This document shows, in pieces, positions 63,321 to 64,000 of a stretch of 64,000 nt of DNA. The notes beneath the pieces are model-generated. The model searched no databases. It was not told where the DNA came from and saw nothing but the letters and a program-made list of their open reading frames with translations. How positions within the stretch are numbered: the stretch's first letter is position 1; each line of letters begins with the position of its first letter. The translations under genes were made by a program, and so were the position numbers. Source of the stretch: Mustelus asterias (Eukaryota); assembly GCF_964213995.1 (NCBI RefSeq), contig NC_135820.1:1054001-1118000 (forward strand). Direction: 5' to 3'.

Positions 63321-64000
63321 GATGACGATGTTTTTTAAGGACTGAGCAAAACATCCTCTCCACATCCACCCTGCCACATCCTGTGGGAATTTGTAAATGT
63401 TTATCGAGGTCTCCCCCTCATTATTTGAAATTCACGGGAATACAAACCCAGTCTCTTGGATCTCTCCTCAATCCTGGGGTTCAATCTGGCGAACCTCCAC
63501 TGCACGCCCTCTGTGGCAAGTACAATAGAGTGACACCCCCTCAAGCGACGTCAAGGTACTTCAGGTTGTAGGAACAGAAGGAATTCTGGGTACAGGGGGT
63601 CACAGCCATTGTCTACCTTGCAGTCAAGCTCCAGCCTTTACAAATTGACTACGTGGCTTCCGGATGATTCTGCCTCAGGGGGGACTCCACCCTGTGGGCT
63701 GATCACTCGCTCTCTGTCCCCATTAGTCCCTCAAGTCAGGTGACCCTCTTCTTCCGTGCTGTCTTAAAGAGACAGACCCCACAATTACTCCAGCGACAAT
63801 ATCCCTCCCTAAATAAGGAGACCAAAACAGCGCACAATACTTACCAGGCCCTGGATAACTGCAGCTTGACATCTGTACTTCGTGCAGAGGAGGTTAAGGG
63901 GGAGATTGAATCGAGGCGTTCAGAATCACGAGGGGGGCGCGGGGTTTGGATGGAGTGAATGAGGAGAAAGTGTTTCCAGTGACAGGAGGCTCGGTAACCA

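Noticed and set aside
63902-64000. Similarity to 4233-4311 (and 60820-61390 to 130-700) as proof of a segmental duplication of the B7 locus
   Set aside because: Both shared segments are common LINE remnants; unique flanks, including the 4087 leader exon, are not shared.

Overview
Eukaryotic, repeat-dense DNA, very probably from an elasmobranch (shark). This is inferred from HE1/V-SINEs, CR1/HER1-type LINEs, a Deu-domain SINE remnant and Penelope-like elements. One host gene can be assembled by hand on the + strand from four phase-compatible GT-AG exons: signal peptide 4087-4139, IgV 5687-6013, IgC 9714-10004 and terminal exon 11813-11931. It encodes an ICOSL/CD276-like B7-family protein ending in a GPI-signal-like tail, with no transmembrane or cytoplasmic segment; its first coding bases were not found in the window. 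After a probable solo LTR and a 712-N gap, 16251-45028 is a 69/70-bp satellite. It carries six near-identical 1022-bp Penelope-like fragments (GIY-YIG endonuclease frame plus a minimal hammerhead ribozyme), co-amplified as a variable higher-order repeat. The rest is nested LINE/SINE/hAT debris and retroelement-derived minisatellites (33, 37 and 52 bp). Three unique islands carry immune-type regulatory motifs (about 45.1, 54.8 and 59.8 kb); the last may be the 5' end of a second gene. Most long ORFs in the supplied track are repeat or gap artefacts. Family assignments come from recalled motifs, not database searches, and coordinates of degraded repeats are approximate.
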